Origin: an uncultured Verrucomicrobiae bacterium
GTDB taxonomy: Bacteria > Verrucomicrobiota > Verrucomicrobiia > Limisphaerales > Palsa-1400
Assembly: GCA_963764165.1 (NCBI GenBank)
Contig: CAVXRD010000002.1
Coordinates: forward strand, 1,984,001-2,048,000
Reading direction: 5' to 3'
Length of the DNA: 64,000 nt
In this document: in pieces, positions 20,535 through 29,143 of the stretch
Layout: every line of letters starts with the position of its first letter
Numbering within the stretch: position 1 is the stretch's first letter
Position numbers and translations under genes: made by a program
The notes under the pieces: model-generated
What the model saw: only the letters and a program-made list of their open reading frames with translations
Told to the model about the DNA's origin: nothing
Databases searched by the model: none

Positions 20535-21560
20535 TGAAACGGCTGCTTCTGATGCTGTTCTTGGCGCCGGTGTTCATGCTCTGCGGACAGGAGCGCTTCG
20601 CCAATCCCATCTGCGAACAGGCCGACCCGTGGTTCATCCGATACAACGGGCATTATTTAGCGTGCTTTTCCATCAGCAACCACGCCATTTCGGTGCAGGC
20701 CTCGGATCGATTGGAAGTGGTCGGGCCGGAGCATGTGGTTTGGACCGCGCCCGGGAGCGGGCCGGCTCGGGCGGAAATTTGGGCGCCGGAACTGCACGTG
20801 ATCGGCGGGAAATGGCGTATCTATTTTGCCGCTTCCGATGGCGAGAATCGAAATCATCGCGCCTGGGTCCTGCAGTCCGCGGGCGCAGACCCCTTCGGCC
20901 CTTACACCTTGCACGGACCGCTTTACACCGGCGACGATCCGAACATGGTGGCGGACAATCGCTGGGCCATTGATTTGACAGTATTCGAGTGGAAAAAGCG
21001 GCTTTATGCTGTGTGGTCTGGCTGGCCCGGCACGGCGGATATGCAATGCCTTTACATTGCGCCCATGAAGGATCCGCTGACGATTGCCTCTCCCCGAAAA
21101 CTTCTTTGCCAGAACGACACCTATTTATGGGAACGGGTCGACGAAACCGCCAACAGCCGCGGATTGAATGAGGGCCCCGAAGCCCTCGAACACAACGGGC
21201 GTTCTGTTTTTGGCCTACTCCTGCAGCGCGTCATGGCGTCCAAGTTACAAACTTGGGTTGCTGGCATTGAAACCCGGCGGCGAGCCGCTGGAGCCCAAAA
21301 ATTGGACGAAGCTCGCGCAGCCTGTTTTTCAATCCACGGCGGCCACGTATGGCGTGGGGCATAATTCATTTGTGAAATCGCCAGACGGCAGGGAGGACTG
21401 GATTATTTACCACGCCAAATTGGATCGGCAGGACGGCTGGCATCGCGCGGTTTTTGCCCAGCCGTTCACATGGCTGGCGAATGGCTTTCCGGATTTTGGC
21501 CGGCCTGTTGCGGCGGGAGAAAAGCTGCTTGTTCCGTCAGGCGAAGGCGCTCCACATTAG
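20534..21560 (+). pseudogene. GH43 alpha-L-arabinofuranosidase-like gene split by a +1 frameshift near 21203 (or sequencing error)
   Basis: ADPW, EIWAPELH, WAID and NEGPE in the first frame; LFLAYSCSASW...GVGHNSFVKSPDG...YHA...QPFTW in the second. Removing one T at about 21203 restores HNGRLFLAYS. Confidence 0.8.
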
Positions 21561-21819
21561 GGCTCGGAAAGCCAGACGGTTATTTCCCCAGGTTCACGAT
21601 TTGGTTCGCGGAGCACGTCTCGCTTTTTCACGGCCAAGGTCTCGGCAAATAAACCCCTCCGGGCAATCGCCGCCCGTCACTTTTTTGAAACAATTGGCCC
21701 CCGTGCCGTGTTGTGAACTTAACGAGAATGCGTGACATAGCTCATGAAACCAGCGAAACAGTTTTGCCTGACACGGTGTGCAAACCGTAGACTCCAGTCC
21801 AGTTGGCCGACGACCGGCG

Positions 21820-22374
21820 ATGACAGACGCGCAACAATTCGAAGCGTTCGTAACAGCTTACCAAAACATGGTTTTTAGCACCGCCATGCGCCTCACCGCG
21901 AACCCGTCCGAAGCCGAAGACATCTCGCAGGAGACTTTTATGCGGGCCTTTGAGCATTTCGAGGAACTGCGCGAAGACCCGCGCGCGGGCGGATGGCTCA
22001 AGACGGTCGCCGTCAACCTGAGCCTGAATCACCTCTCCCGTTACCGGAAACGCTGGAGCTTTTTTTCCGAATTGGTGCGGCACGACAGTGACGGCGATGA
22101 GACGGAATTGGAATACGCCGCGCCGGATGACGTGGAGGCAGCTTTTGCCATCGAGGAACGGCGGTTGATGGTGGAGGCGGCGCTTCGGCAATTGCCCGCC
22201 GCCCAGCGTGTTCCGCTGGTGCTGTTCCACTTGGAAGGCATGAAGTATGAGGAAATCGCCGCCCGTCTCGGCGTTTCGCTGGGCAAAGTGAAGACGGATA
22301 TTTTTCGCGCCCGGGCGGTCTTGCACAAGAAGCTCGGACATCTTTTACACGGCGAAGGAAGCACAGCAGCATGA
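21820..22374 (+). CDS. ECF RNA polymerase sigma-70 factor
   Basis: AEDISQETFMRAF, GWLKTVAVNLSLN (region 2); EGMKYEEIAARLGVSLGKVKTDIFRAR (region 4). Confidence 0.93.
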   Translation: MTDAQQFEAFVTAYQNMVFSTAMRLTANPSEAEDISQETFMRAFEHFEELREDPRAGGWLKTVAVNLSLNHLSRYRKRWSFFSELVRHDSDGDETELEYAAPDDVEAAFAIEERRLMVEAALRQLPAAQRVPLVLFHLEGMKYEEIAARLGVSLGKVKTDIFRARAVLHKKLGHLLHGEGSTAA

Positions 22375-22847
22375 ACTCAGATAAAGATAATAAACAATTG
22401 GAACAGGACGTTCAGAGGTTATTGCAAAACCTCCCTGAATTTTCCGCCCCGCCCGCCATTCTGGCCCGCACGATGGCGGCCCTGGACCGTCAGCCCGCGG
22501 CGCAGCATCACATTCAGCCGTGGGCCAAGTGGCCGTTCTCCGCCCGCATTTTATTCCTGGCTCTTGGGATGGCGACGATGGGTTTGGCGGTATTCGAGTT
22601 GAAGGCGCTGATGCCCGAAATGACGACTTCAGCCGTTCACTTCATGGCTCCCATTGAATCCGGGTTCGCCTGGTTCTGGAATGCGGTTTGCGCCCTGGTC
22701 GGGGCGTTCGAATTGGCGCTCGGTCAAATCAGCCGCGCCTGGATTTGCGCGGGCGTTGCCATCGCGGTGGTGGCGTGGATCGCGTGCATCGGATTTGGAA
22801 CAATTTTTGTGCGCCTCGTTTCGCCGAGGGGGGAAAGAAATTTATGA
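22371..22847 (+). CDS. Putative membrane anti-sigma factor
   Basis: ATGA-coupled to the ECF sigma; short cytoplasmic LQNLPEFSAP domain followed by TM helices. Confidence 0.6.
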   Translation: MNSDKDNKQLEQDVQRLLQNLPEFSAPPAILARTMAALDRQPAAQHHIQPWAKWPFSARILFLALGMATMGLAVFELKALMPEMTTSAVHFMAPIESGFAWFWNAVCALVGAFELALGQISRAWICAGVAIAVVAWIACIGFGTIFVRLVSPRGERNL

Positions 22848-24343
22848 TCAACATGACAGCCAAACTCAAACATTGGGCCTGCGCGGCCCTCGCGGCGGCA
22901 ACGCTTTGCCCGCTGGCGATTCATGCGCAATCCGCAACCACCACCAACGCGCCCGTCAAAAAAGGCTCCTACCACCGGGAAATCGTGGTCATCGGGCACG
23001 ATGTCGAACTGCGGGCTGAAGATACGGCGGGCACAGTCGTCGTTATTGGCGGTTCGGCGAAAATTCATGGGAAGGTCGAGCAGGACGTCGTGGCCGTCGG
23101 GGGCAACATTGTTATTGACGGAGCTGTCGAAGGTGAAGTGGTGACCGTGATGGGTGATCTGACCGTGGCCGAAGGCGGCCGCGTCGAGCGCGACCTTACC
23201 TGCGTGCTCGGCGAGAGCAGCGTCGTGGACGGCGGCAAAGTGGAAGGCGAAGTGCATAACATCATGGGCGGTATTGCCAGAGGCGGGCGATTCCGAATGA
23301 ACGGATTGGGAGACTGGTTCCAGCATTGCTTCATGATGGCGCGGCCTCTGTCATTAAGCGTCCCGTGGGTCTGGTGGATCGCGAGCTTGTTTCTAGCGAT
23401 GTATTTTTTCATCGCGATGCTGTTCCGCTACCCGGTGCAATGCTGCGTGGCGCAACTCAATGAGAGGCCCGCCACGACGTTCGCGGTCGGAATTTTGGCC
23501 AAGGTAGCAATGCCGGTGGTGTGCATCTTGTTGCCGATCACGGTCATTGGATTCTTCCTGATTCCATTCTTGATTGTGGGTTGTCTGCTGGCGGCGTGGG
23601 TCGGAAAATCGGCGCTGATGGAATTCATCGGCGGACGGTTCGGCAGCGCATTTGGAGTGAAGATACATCCGCTGCTGGCTTACATCATCGGCGCGGCTTT
23701 TGTGACGGCGCTTTATCTTATTCCAGTGGTTGGATTTCTTGCCTTCTGGGTGTTCGGCTTCTGGGGATTTGGCGCGGGCGTGACGGCGTTGCACGTGGCG
23801 TGGGTCGCCCGGCGCAAAGCGGCTGCGCTCAACCGCCCCCTCCCAACTCCGCCGACGGCCCCGCCTTCCTCGCCAATGCCACCCACCGATTCCGGGAGCG
23901 GCCCGAATCCGGTGATGCCCTCCGGCCCTGCTCCGCTGGCTCCGGCGCTGATGCTGCCGCAGGCTCTGCTGCAGCCGCGGGCTGGCTTTTGGGAACGAAT
24001 GGGCGCTGGATTTCTTGACATGGTTTTGGTCGCGTTATCGAGCGCGGTGTTCGGTCCGTTTTGGTTTATATTCGCCATCGCCTACTTTGCGGGCATGTGG
24101 GCCTGGCGGGGAACAACGGTGGGAGGCTCCGTGCTGAGCTTGCAAGTGGTGCGCGAAGACGGCGGCCCCCTGACCTTCCTGACGTGCCTTGTGCGCGCCG
24201 TAGCGGCGATGTTTTCGAGCATGATCTTTTTCCTGGGCTTTTTCTGGATTGGCTGGGATCGCGACAAGCAAGGCTGGCACGACAAGATCGCCGGCACGGT
24301 CGTGGTGCGGCTGCCAAAGGCGGTTTCGCTGGTTTGTTATTGA
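22844..24343 (+). CDS. RDD-family membrane protein with N-terminal bactofilin-like beta-helix repeats and a Pro-rich linker
   Basis: VVVIGGSAKIHGKVEQDVVAVGGNIVIDG repeats; AGFWERMGAGFLD and KQGWHDKIAGTVVV RDD motifs. Start ATG 22844 overlaps the preceding stop. Confidence 0.85.
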   Translation: MINMTAKLKHWACAALAAATLCPLAIHAQSATTTNAPVKKGSYHREIVVIGHDVELRAEDTAGTVVVIGGSAKIHGKVEQDVVAVGGNIVIDGAVEGEVVTVMGDLTVAEGGRVERDLTCVLGESSVVDGGKVEGEVHNIMGGIARGGRFRMNGLGDWFQHCFMMARPLSLSVPWVWWIASLFLAMYFFIAMLFRYPVQCCVAQLNERPATTFAVGILAKVAMPVVCILLPITVIGFFLIPFLIVGCLLAAWVGKSALMEFIGGRFGSAFGVKIHPLLAYIIGAAFVTALYLIPVVGFLAFWVFGFWGFGAGVTALHVAWVARRKAAALNRPLPTPPTAPPSSPMPPTDSGSGPNPVMPSGPAPLAPALMLPQALLQPRAGFWERMGAGFLDMVLVALSSAVFGPFWFIFAIAYFAGMWAWRGTTVGGSVLSLQVVREDGGPLTFLTCLVRAVAAMFSSMIFFLGFFWIGWDRDKQGWHDKIAGTVVVRLPKAVSLVCY

Positions 24344-26208
24344 GCCTGACGCAGCACTTCGGGATTGACCCAAATCGCCCAGGAATTGTAATTGTGCCCT
24401 TCGCCTCCGTCTGTCAACAACTCCAGTTTCTTTACGTTCGCGATGCTTACATTGACGGATTCCTGCTCCCCAGCCCGCAGCAGGCGCGAGCGATATAATT
24501 CCTTTCCATCACCGCGCACGGTGAAGATCGCGGAGCCCTGCTGCGCCGCGCCATCGCGCAAACCAACGAGCGCAGTGAATTGTTCCCAACGGCGATCCAC
24601 CGCAAAAACATACCGCGAGGGCGAGTGGGCGTAGAGGCCCTTTTCGTAGAAACGCCCGTTGAGCATCAGAAAGACGCCGTCCTGAATGCCGTGGTCGAAC
24701 CAATAATGATTGCGCGCGACGCGCCCCCAGCCGACTTTTGCGGAGGCCCACGACACATCGGAAAGAAAGACCTGGTTTGTTCGGACGGCGCGAAGTTTCA
24801 CCGGCGTGGGCGGACGGATGGCCGCGCGCAGCACGCGCAGCTTTTGGCTTGCTTCCAACGTGGAGACGGCCGTCGCGGAAGTGTCATTAAGAAATGCTCG
24901 CGCCTGCGCTTTTCCCTGCATCACGGCGCGTTCGGCCTGACTGACAATCCACTCGTCATTCAATGCGGCCACCTCGGCTTTTCCCTGCGCATCGAATGAA
25001 AGGTGGAATTGTTCCTCTGCAGCAGCCCCGTTCACTTGCAATCGAGCCAGCTTGAGATGGAATTGGCGCCAGCGGCCGGCGCGAATCCCGTCCACATCCA
25101 GCGCAAAGGCGCCATTGTTGGGAACACACGGAAAAGTGCGCGCCCAATGGTCGTCAATTTCGCTGTCCTCGGGCCAGACGTAAGCAATCACCGCGTAAGG
25201 CGGAATCGAACCGGCCACGGTTCCGTGAATTGAAACCGCATCGTTGCTGGCGAAAAACTTGAGTGACTTGAATGTGCTTTCGGCATCCTTCCAGCGTCCC
25301 CGATCGGTGCCGCTGATGAGAGGATTCGACAGGAGTTGAAGAATCGAAGCGCGGCCCAGATAGGTCGGCTCTCCGCCGTTCCAAAGCTCCTCCCGATACG
25401 TCAAATTGCCAACGCCCATGAGCGAAACACCAAACGCTTTTTCCGCCGCGCCGCCATTGTCATGCGGAAGACCGAGCGCGTGGCCAAGTTCGTGGGCGAT
25501 CCCGCCGAGATACATCGAATTGAATTTCGCAACGGTGATCTTCAAGCTTTTGTAGTAGTGCTCGCTAATGACCATCGTTCGATTCGTATCCGTGAGCAGA
25601 AGCGGATCGAGCAGCTCGCAATCGGCGGCGTGACACATCCCGCCGCGTTGCGACCCGCCTCCGTAATAGGGAGAGTCAAACACATGCGTCCCGTCGTCTG
25701 ATTTCCGGCACAAAGCGTAAAACACCAGCACGTGCTCGCGCTCAACGTCCATTGTCCCTTTGAGCGCGCTGGCAATTTCCAGCGCCGTGCTCCCGCCCGA
25801 ATCGTAATGATATTCGCGGGACGGCAGTTTTCCTCGAACCAAATGCACGGCCAGCTTGCCGTCCTTTCGCTCCAGCGGCACGCTGGCCTGGATCCCGAGA
25901 CGAACGAATCCCTCATGATAAAAATTGGCGACGTCGGTGACAATCCGGTCCAGCCGGGCTTCGTAATCTGGAAAAGGTTCGCCGTCTTTGGGAACGAAAT
26001 AGACGACGCGCAGCACATTCGTTGCGCCCGCGCGCCCCTTCCCGTATGCGGCCAAAATTTGCTCTGCTTCCTGCACCATTAGCCGCCCGGGCGGATCGTC
26101 AGGAAGAGCCTTTGCTTTCAACAAGCCAGCCGACAACACCAGCAAAACGAGAGCACAACAGGTGCTCGCGGCCCTTCGAGCGGTTGCATCGTTAGCATCA
26201 TCTCGCAT
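24337..26208 (-). CDS. Secreted zinc metallopeptidase with C-terminal NPCBM/NEW2 domain
   Basis: HELGHALGLPH (HEXXHXXGXXH) with SLMG Met-turn; KGLYAHSPS, FTVRGDGKELYRS and WAIWVNP NPCBM-like motifs. Start at ATG 26208. Confidence 0.8.
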   Translation of the reverse strand: MRDDANDATARRAASTCCALVLLVLSAGLLKAKALPDDPPGRLMVQEAEQILAAYGKGRAGATNVLRVVYFVPKDGEPFPDYEARLDRIVTDVANFYHEGFVRLGIQASVPLERKDGKLAVHLVRGKLPSREYHYDSGGSTALEIASALKGTMDVEREHVLVFYALCRKSDDGTHVFDSPYYGGGSQRGGMCHAADCELLDPLLLTDTNRTMVISEHYYKSLKITVAKFNSMYLGGIAHELGHALGLPHDNGGAAEKAFGVSLMGVGNLTYREELWNGGEPTYLGRASILQLLSNPLISGTDRGRWKDAESTFKSLKFFASNDAVSIHGTVAGSIPPYAVIAYVWPEDSEIDDHWARTFPCVPNNGAFALDVDGIRAGRWRQFHLKLARLQVNGAAAEEQFHLSFDAQGKAEVAALNDEWIVSQAERAVMQGKAQARAFLNDTSATAVSTLEASQKLRVLRAAIRPPTPVKLRAVRTNQVFLSDVSWASAKVGWGRVARNHYWFDHGIQDGVFLMLNGRFYEKGLYAHSPSRYVFAVDRRWEQFTALVGLRDGAAQQGSAIFTVRGDGKELYRSRLLRAGEQESVNVSIANVKKLELLTDGGEGHNYNSWAIWVNPEVLRQAQ

Positions 26209-28366
26209 ATTGCCGAATTTGCTCCTGCCACCAGCGCGCCAGAGTTCCGCTCGGGCGCAGCCACGCCTGGCGATGCAGCCACGGCATAACTCCGGCATCG
26301 CTCAGGATCAACAGCTTCTCGGTGCGGGAAAGTTTTGCGGGGCCTTCGGCCAGCATTTTTTCGCAAAGCACGCGGACTTCCGGCTTGCCCGCGCCGATGT
26401 CCGCCAGCGCCCTGGCGTAAGCGGGGTTTTGCATTTTTTCGCGGAGAAGCGACACATGAATGGCGTTCACATACGGATCGAGCACCGCGTCGGCCATCCC
26501 GGAATCCGGCGGGCGCGGCGCTGTCTCGCCAGCGGCTTCAAGCATTGCCATGCGGTGGCGCAGGGCGGACAATTCGGGCGGCGGGCCGGTTTCCTCTGGC
26601 GTCAAGAATAAGCTTAGCTGACGCGCCCTGCCGCCGAAACTTGCGCGGCTGGTCAGCACGCTCAGCGGCGCGCTCAAAACCATTCCCGCCACCACCGGCA
26701 TGAACCACCAAAACGCCGCATGATCGAGCCGCCAGATCGCTGCTCCCCAAACAAAGCCGATGGCCGTGTGCCCCCAATGCTGTCGAATCGCCGCCCACCA
26801 CGAGATGCCGTCCGCCGCGCGTTTCTGCGGCCCCCAATGCACTCCAAAAAGCAGCAGCGAAGCCGCCACGAATTGCGAGTGCCACAGCATTTGCAACGGA
26901 GCGTGCAATGTGGAAAATGCCGTTTCGCCGATGGCTCCGCAGGTCGCGGGAAGTATTCCGCCAAAGGCGCGGCGGCGTTTCGTGTCGCGGGCCAGATCAA
27001 TCAGCGCGAGGACTTTCGGCAGAAAAATCATCACCATGCAGATCACGAAAATGAGCAGCGCGTGCTGCGTGGTCGTGACTCTCAAGAAGGGCGTCAGCGG
27101 CCGCACGGTGATGACGGACAGGCCGGTGTGCTCCTCGTAATAAAGCATCCAATTGTAAGTCAACAAGAACAACAGCCAGAGCGGGCTGGCGAGGTAGCCA
27201 AGAATTCCCATCGCCAGATGAATGCGGCTGACGCCCCGCAAACCGCGCGCCCAAACCACCATGCCGTGCTGCATGTTGCCCTGGCACCAGCGGCGGTCGC
27301 GCTTGGCGTTTTCGATCATCGTCTGCGGCGCTTCCTCGTAGCTGCCTTCGAGGTCGTAGGCCAGCCAGACTTCCCAATTCGCCTTCAGCAAAAGCGCCGC
27401 TTCCACAAAATCGTGGCTCAGAATCTGCCCGCCGAATGGTTTTGCACCCGGCAAATGCGGCAGGTCGCAGTGCTGCATGAACGGCTCCGTGCGGATGATC
27501 GCGTTGTGGCCCCAATAATTGCCGAACGCCTGCGTCCAAAAGTTCAACCCCGTGATGAAAATCGGCGCGTAAAGACGATTGGCAAATTGCTGCATGCGCC
27601 CGAAGAGCGAAGTGGCGTTGCTCAGCGCGGGCACGGTTTGGATCAATCCGACTTGCGGATGCGCCTCCATTAATTTGACAAGATCGACGACCGTTTCGCC
27701 GGTCATGATGCTGTCCGCATCGAAGACCATGAAGTAGCGGTAGCGAGCGCCCCAGGTGCTCAAGAAATCGCGGATGTTGCCGCTTTTCTTGCCTTCGTTC
27801 AGGATTCGGCGGCGATAATAAATTCGGCCCAGCGCATCCAAATCCTTCACGAGATCGAACCAGCGGCGCTCCTCCTCCACCCATTTGTCCGGCTCGGTCG
27901 AATCGCTCAGAATATAGAAGTCGAATCTGTCAAGCATTCCTGTTTTTTCGATCGATTCGTAAGTGGCGCGCAAGCCTTCGCAGACGCGCGGCACTTGCTC
28001 GTTGTGAATCGGAAAAACCAGCGCCGTGCTGGCGGATTGGATGTCCTGATGTTTGTATTCCTTAAGCCGCGTAATGCGACGGTCGCCGATCAGCCGCAGC
28101 ACAAAACCGCAAATGCCATGCACGCAGCCAATCGAAATCAGCAGCACGAGAATCGAGAACAGCGCGAGCAGAATGACGCCGTAAATCGACCAGCCGGTGC
28201 GGTCAAGAAGATCAGCGAAAAGCCACGAGGTGGAACCCGCCAGCACAATCGCGGCGGAATAAAAGGTGAACACGCGCCAGCCACGGCGGACGCGGCGCAT
28301 CGCGATCATCCCCGGGGATGAGCCGGGCTCGCTCACGCGATCAGCAGTTGGCGCAGCGGTGTTCAT
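26198..28366 (-). CDS. opgH: Osmoregulated periplasmic glucan glucosyltransferase OpgH/MdoH (GT2)
   Basis: YILSDS, KKSGNIRDF, FDADSIM, GNYWGHNAIIR, ILSHDFVEA, RDRRWCQGN. Confidence 0.95.
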   Translation of the reverse strand: MNTAAPTADRVSEPGSSPGMIAMRRVRRGWRVFTFYSAAIVLAGSTSWLFADLLDRTGWSIYGVILLALFSILVLLISIGCVHGICGFVLRLIGDRRITRLKEYKHQDIQSASTALVFPIHNEQVPRVCEGLRATYESIEKTGMLDRFDFYILSDSTEPDKWVEEERRWFDLVKDLDALGRIYYRRRILNEGKKSGNIRDFLSTWGARYRYFMVFDADSIMTGETVVDLVKLMEAHPQVGLIQTVPALSNATSLFGRMQQFANRLYAPIFITGLNFWTQAFGNYWGHNAIIRTEPFMQHCDLPHLPGAKPFGGQILSHDFVEAALLLKANWEVWLAYDLEGSYEEAPQTMIENAKRDRRWCQGNMQHGMVVWARGLRGVSRIHLAMGILGYLASPLWLLFLLTYNWMLYYEEHTGLSVITVRPLTPFLRVTTTQHALLIFVICMVMIFLPKVLALIDLARDTKRRRAFGGILPATCGAIGETAFSTLHAPLQMLWHSQFVAASLLLFGVHWGPQKRAADGISWWAAIRQHWGHTAIGFVWGAAIWRLDHAAFWWFMPVVAGMVLSAPLSVLTSRASFGGRARQLSLFLTPEETGPPPELSALRHRMAMLEAAGETAPRPPDSGMADAVLDPYVNAIHVSLLREKMQNPAYARALADIGAGKPEVRVLCEKMLAEGPAKLSRTEKLLILSDAGVMPWLHRQAWLRPSGTLARWWQEQIRQYAR

Positions 28367-28382
28367 GGTTAGAAAACGAATC

Positions 28383-28539
28383 GGTAGGGCGAGACTCCGT
28401 CGAGCCTTGATTCGATTTTTTGGGCGGTCGATTTAGTCATGGCTCGACAGAGTCTCGCCCTACCGAAATTAAAAAGCTCACAAGCAGGTTTGGAAACCTG
28501 CTCTACACGGGGATGGCTCGGCAGGAGCCTCGCCCTACC
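28383..28539. repeat. Cluster of GTAG-type REP palindromes (BIME-like)
   Basis: ggtagggcgagactccgtcgagcc (28383-28406) inverted against 28441-28464 (23/24); agcaggtttggaaacctgctctac at 28483-28506; ggctcggcaggagcctcgccctacc at 28515-28539. Confidence 0.85.
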
Positions 28540-28567
28540 AAGTTTTGTTGCTTGCGGAAGCATCCCT

Positions 28568-29143
28568 TCAATGGTGCGTGAGGTAGAACAGCAGCACCAG
28601 CAGCAATCCGAACAGCGCCCACGTGGCCGCCATTCGGAAGTGCGGCAGATGGCTCAATTGCGTGATCGTGGTGATGGGGCCGAGGTCGAGCGGGCGCGGC
28701 GTCATTTGCGCGAGTTGAAAATCCGGCCCGGCCCGCAAATACATTTCGCGCATCTTCGAGGCGAACTCCGCCGGCCACGGGCCGGGACGCAAAAACTGAT
28801 CCTGCCATTTCCCCGGCATATCTGCCATGACCAGCGCCAACCGCCCGCGCGTGGAAAGCATGTCGGTGCCGGCCGGAGGCTCGCCGAGCACTTGGACAAA
28901 CCATTCGTTGACGAATTTATCCATTTCCTCGACCGCCAGTTCCGTCGCGGAACGCTGCGTCTCCGCCCCGGAGCGCGTCATGGCCCGTTCCAGCACGAGC
29001 GCGACAAGCTGGCCGAGCAGCACGCGGTTGCGCACGCGCAACGCGTGAAAATAACTTTCGACTTTCGAGTAGGCGGCGTTCCATTCCTCGAGCGGACGAC
29101 CCGCCAGAGTGCCCGGAGCGTCGCTGCGGATGGCCGTCGTCAT
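28568..29143 (-). CDS. Conserved hypothetical protein in the opg operon with a C-terminal TM helix
   Basis: ATGA overlap with the opgG stop; helical protein EWNAAYSKVESYF...; C-terminal hydrophobic helix. Confidence 0.7.
   Translation of the reverse strand: MTTAIRSDAPGTLAGRPLEEWNAAYSKVESYFHALRVRNRVLLGQLVALVLERAMTRSGAETQRSATELAVEEMDKFVNEWFVQVLGEPPAGTDMLSTRGRLALVMADMPGKWQDQFLRPGPWPAEFASKMREMYLRAGPDFQLAQMTPRPLDLGPITTITQLSHLPHFRMAATWALFGLLLVLLFYLTHH

Noticed and set aside
21710..21790. Possible ECF autoregulatory promoter (GAACTT/GAAAC boxes)
   Set aside because: Several -35-like boxes but no convincing -10 at consistent spacing; cannot be assigned.
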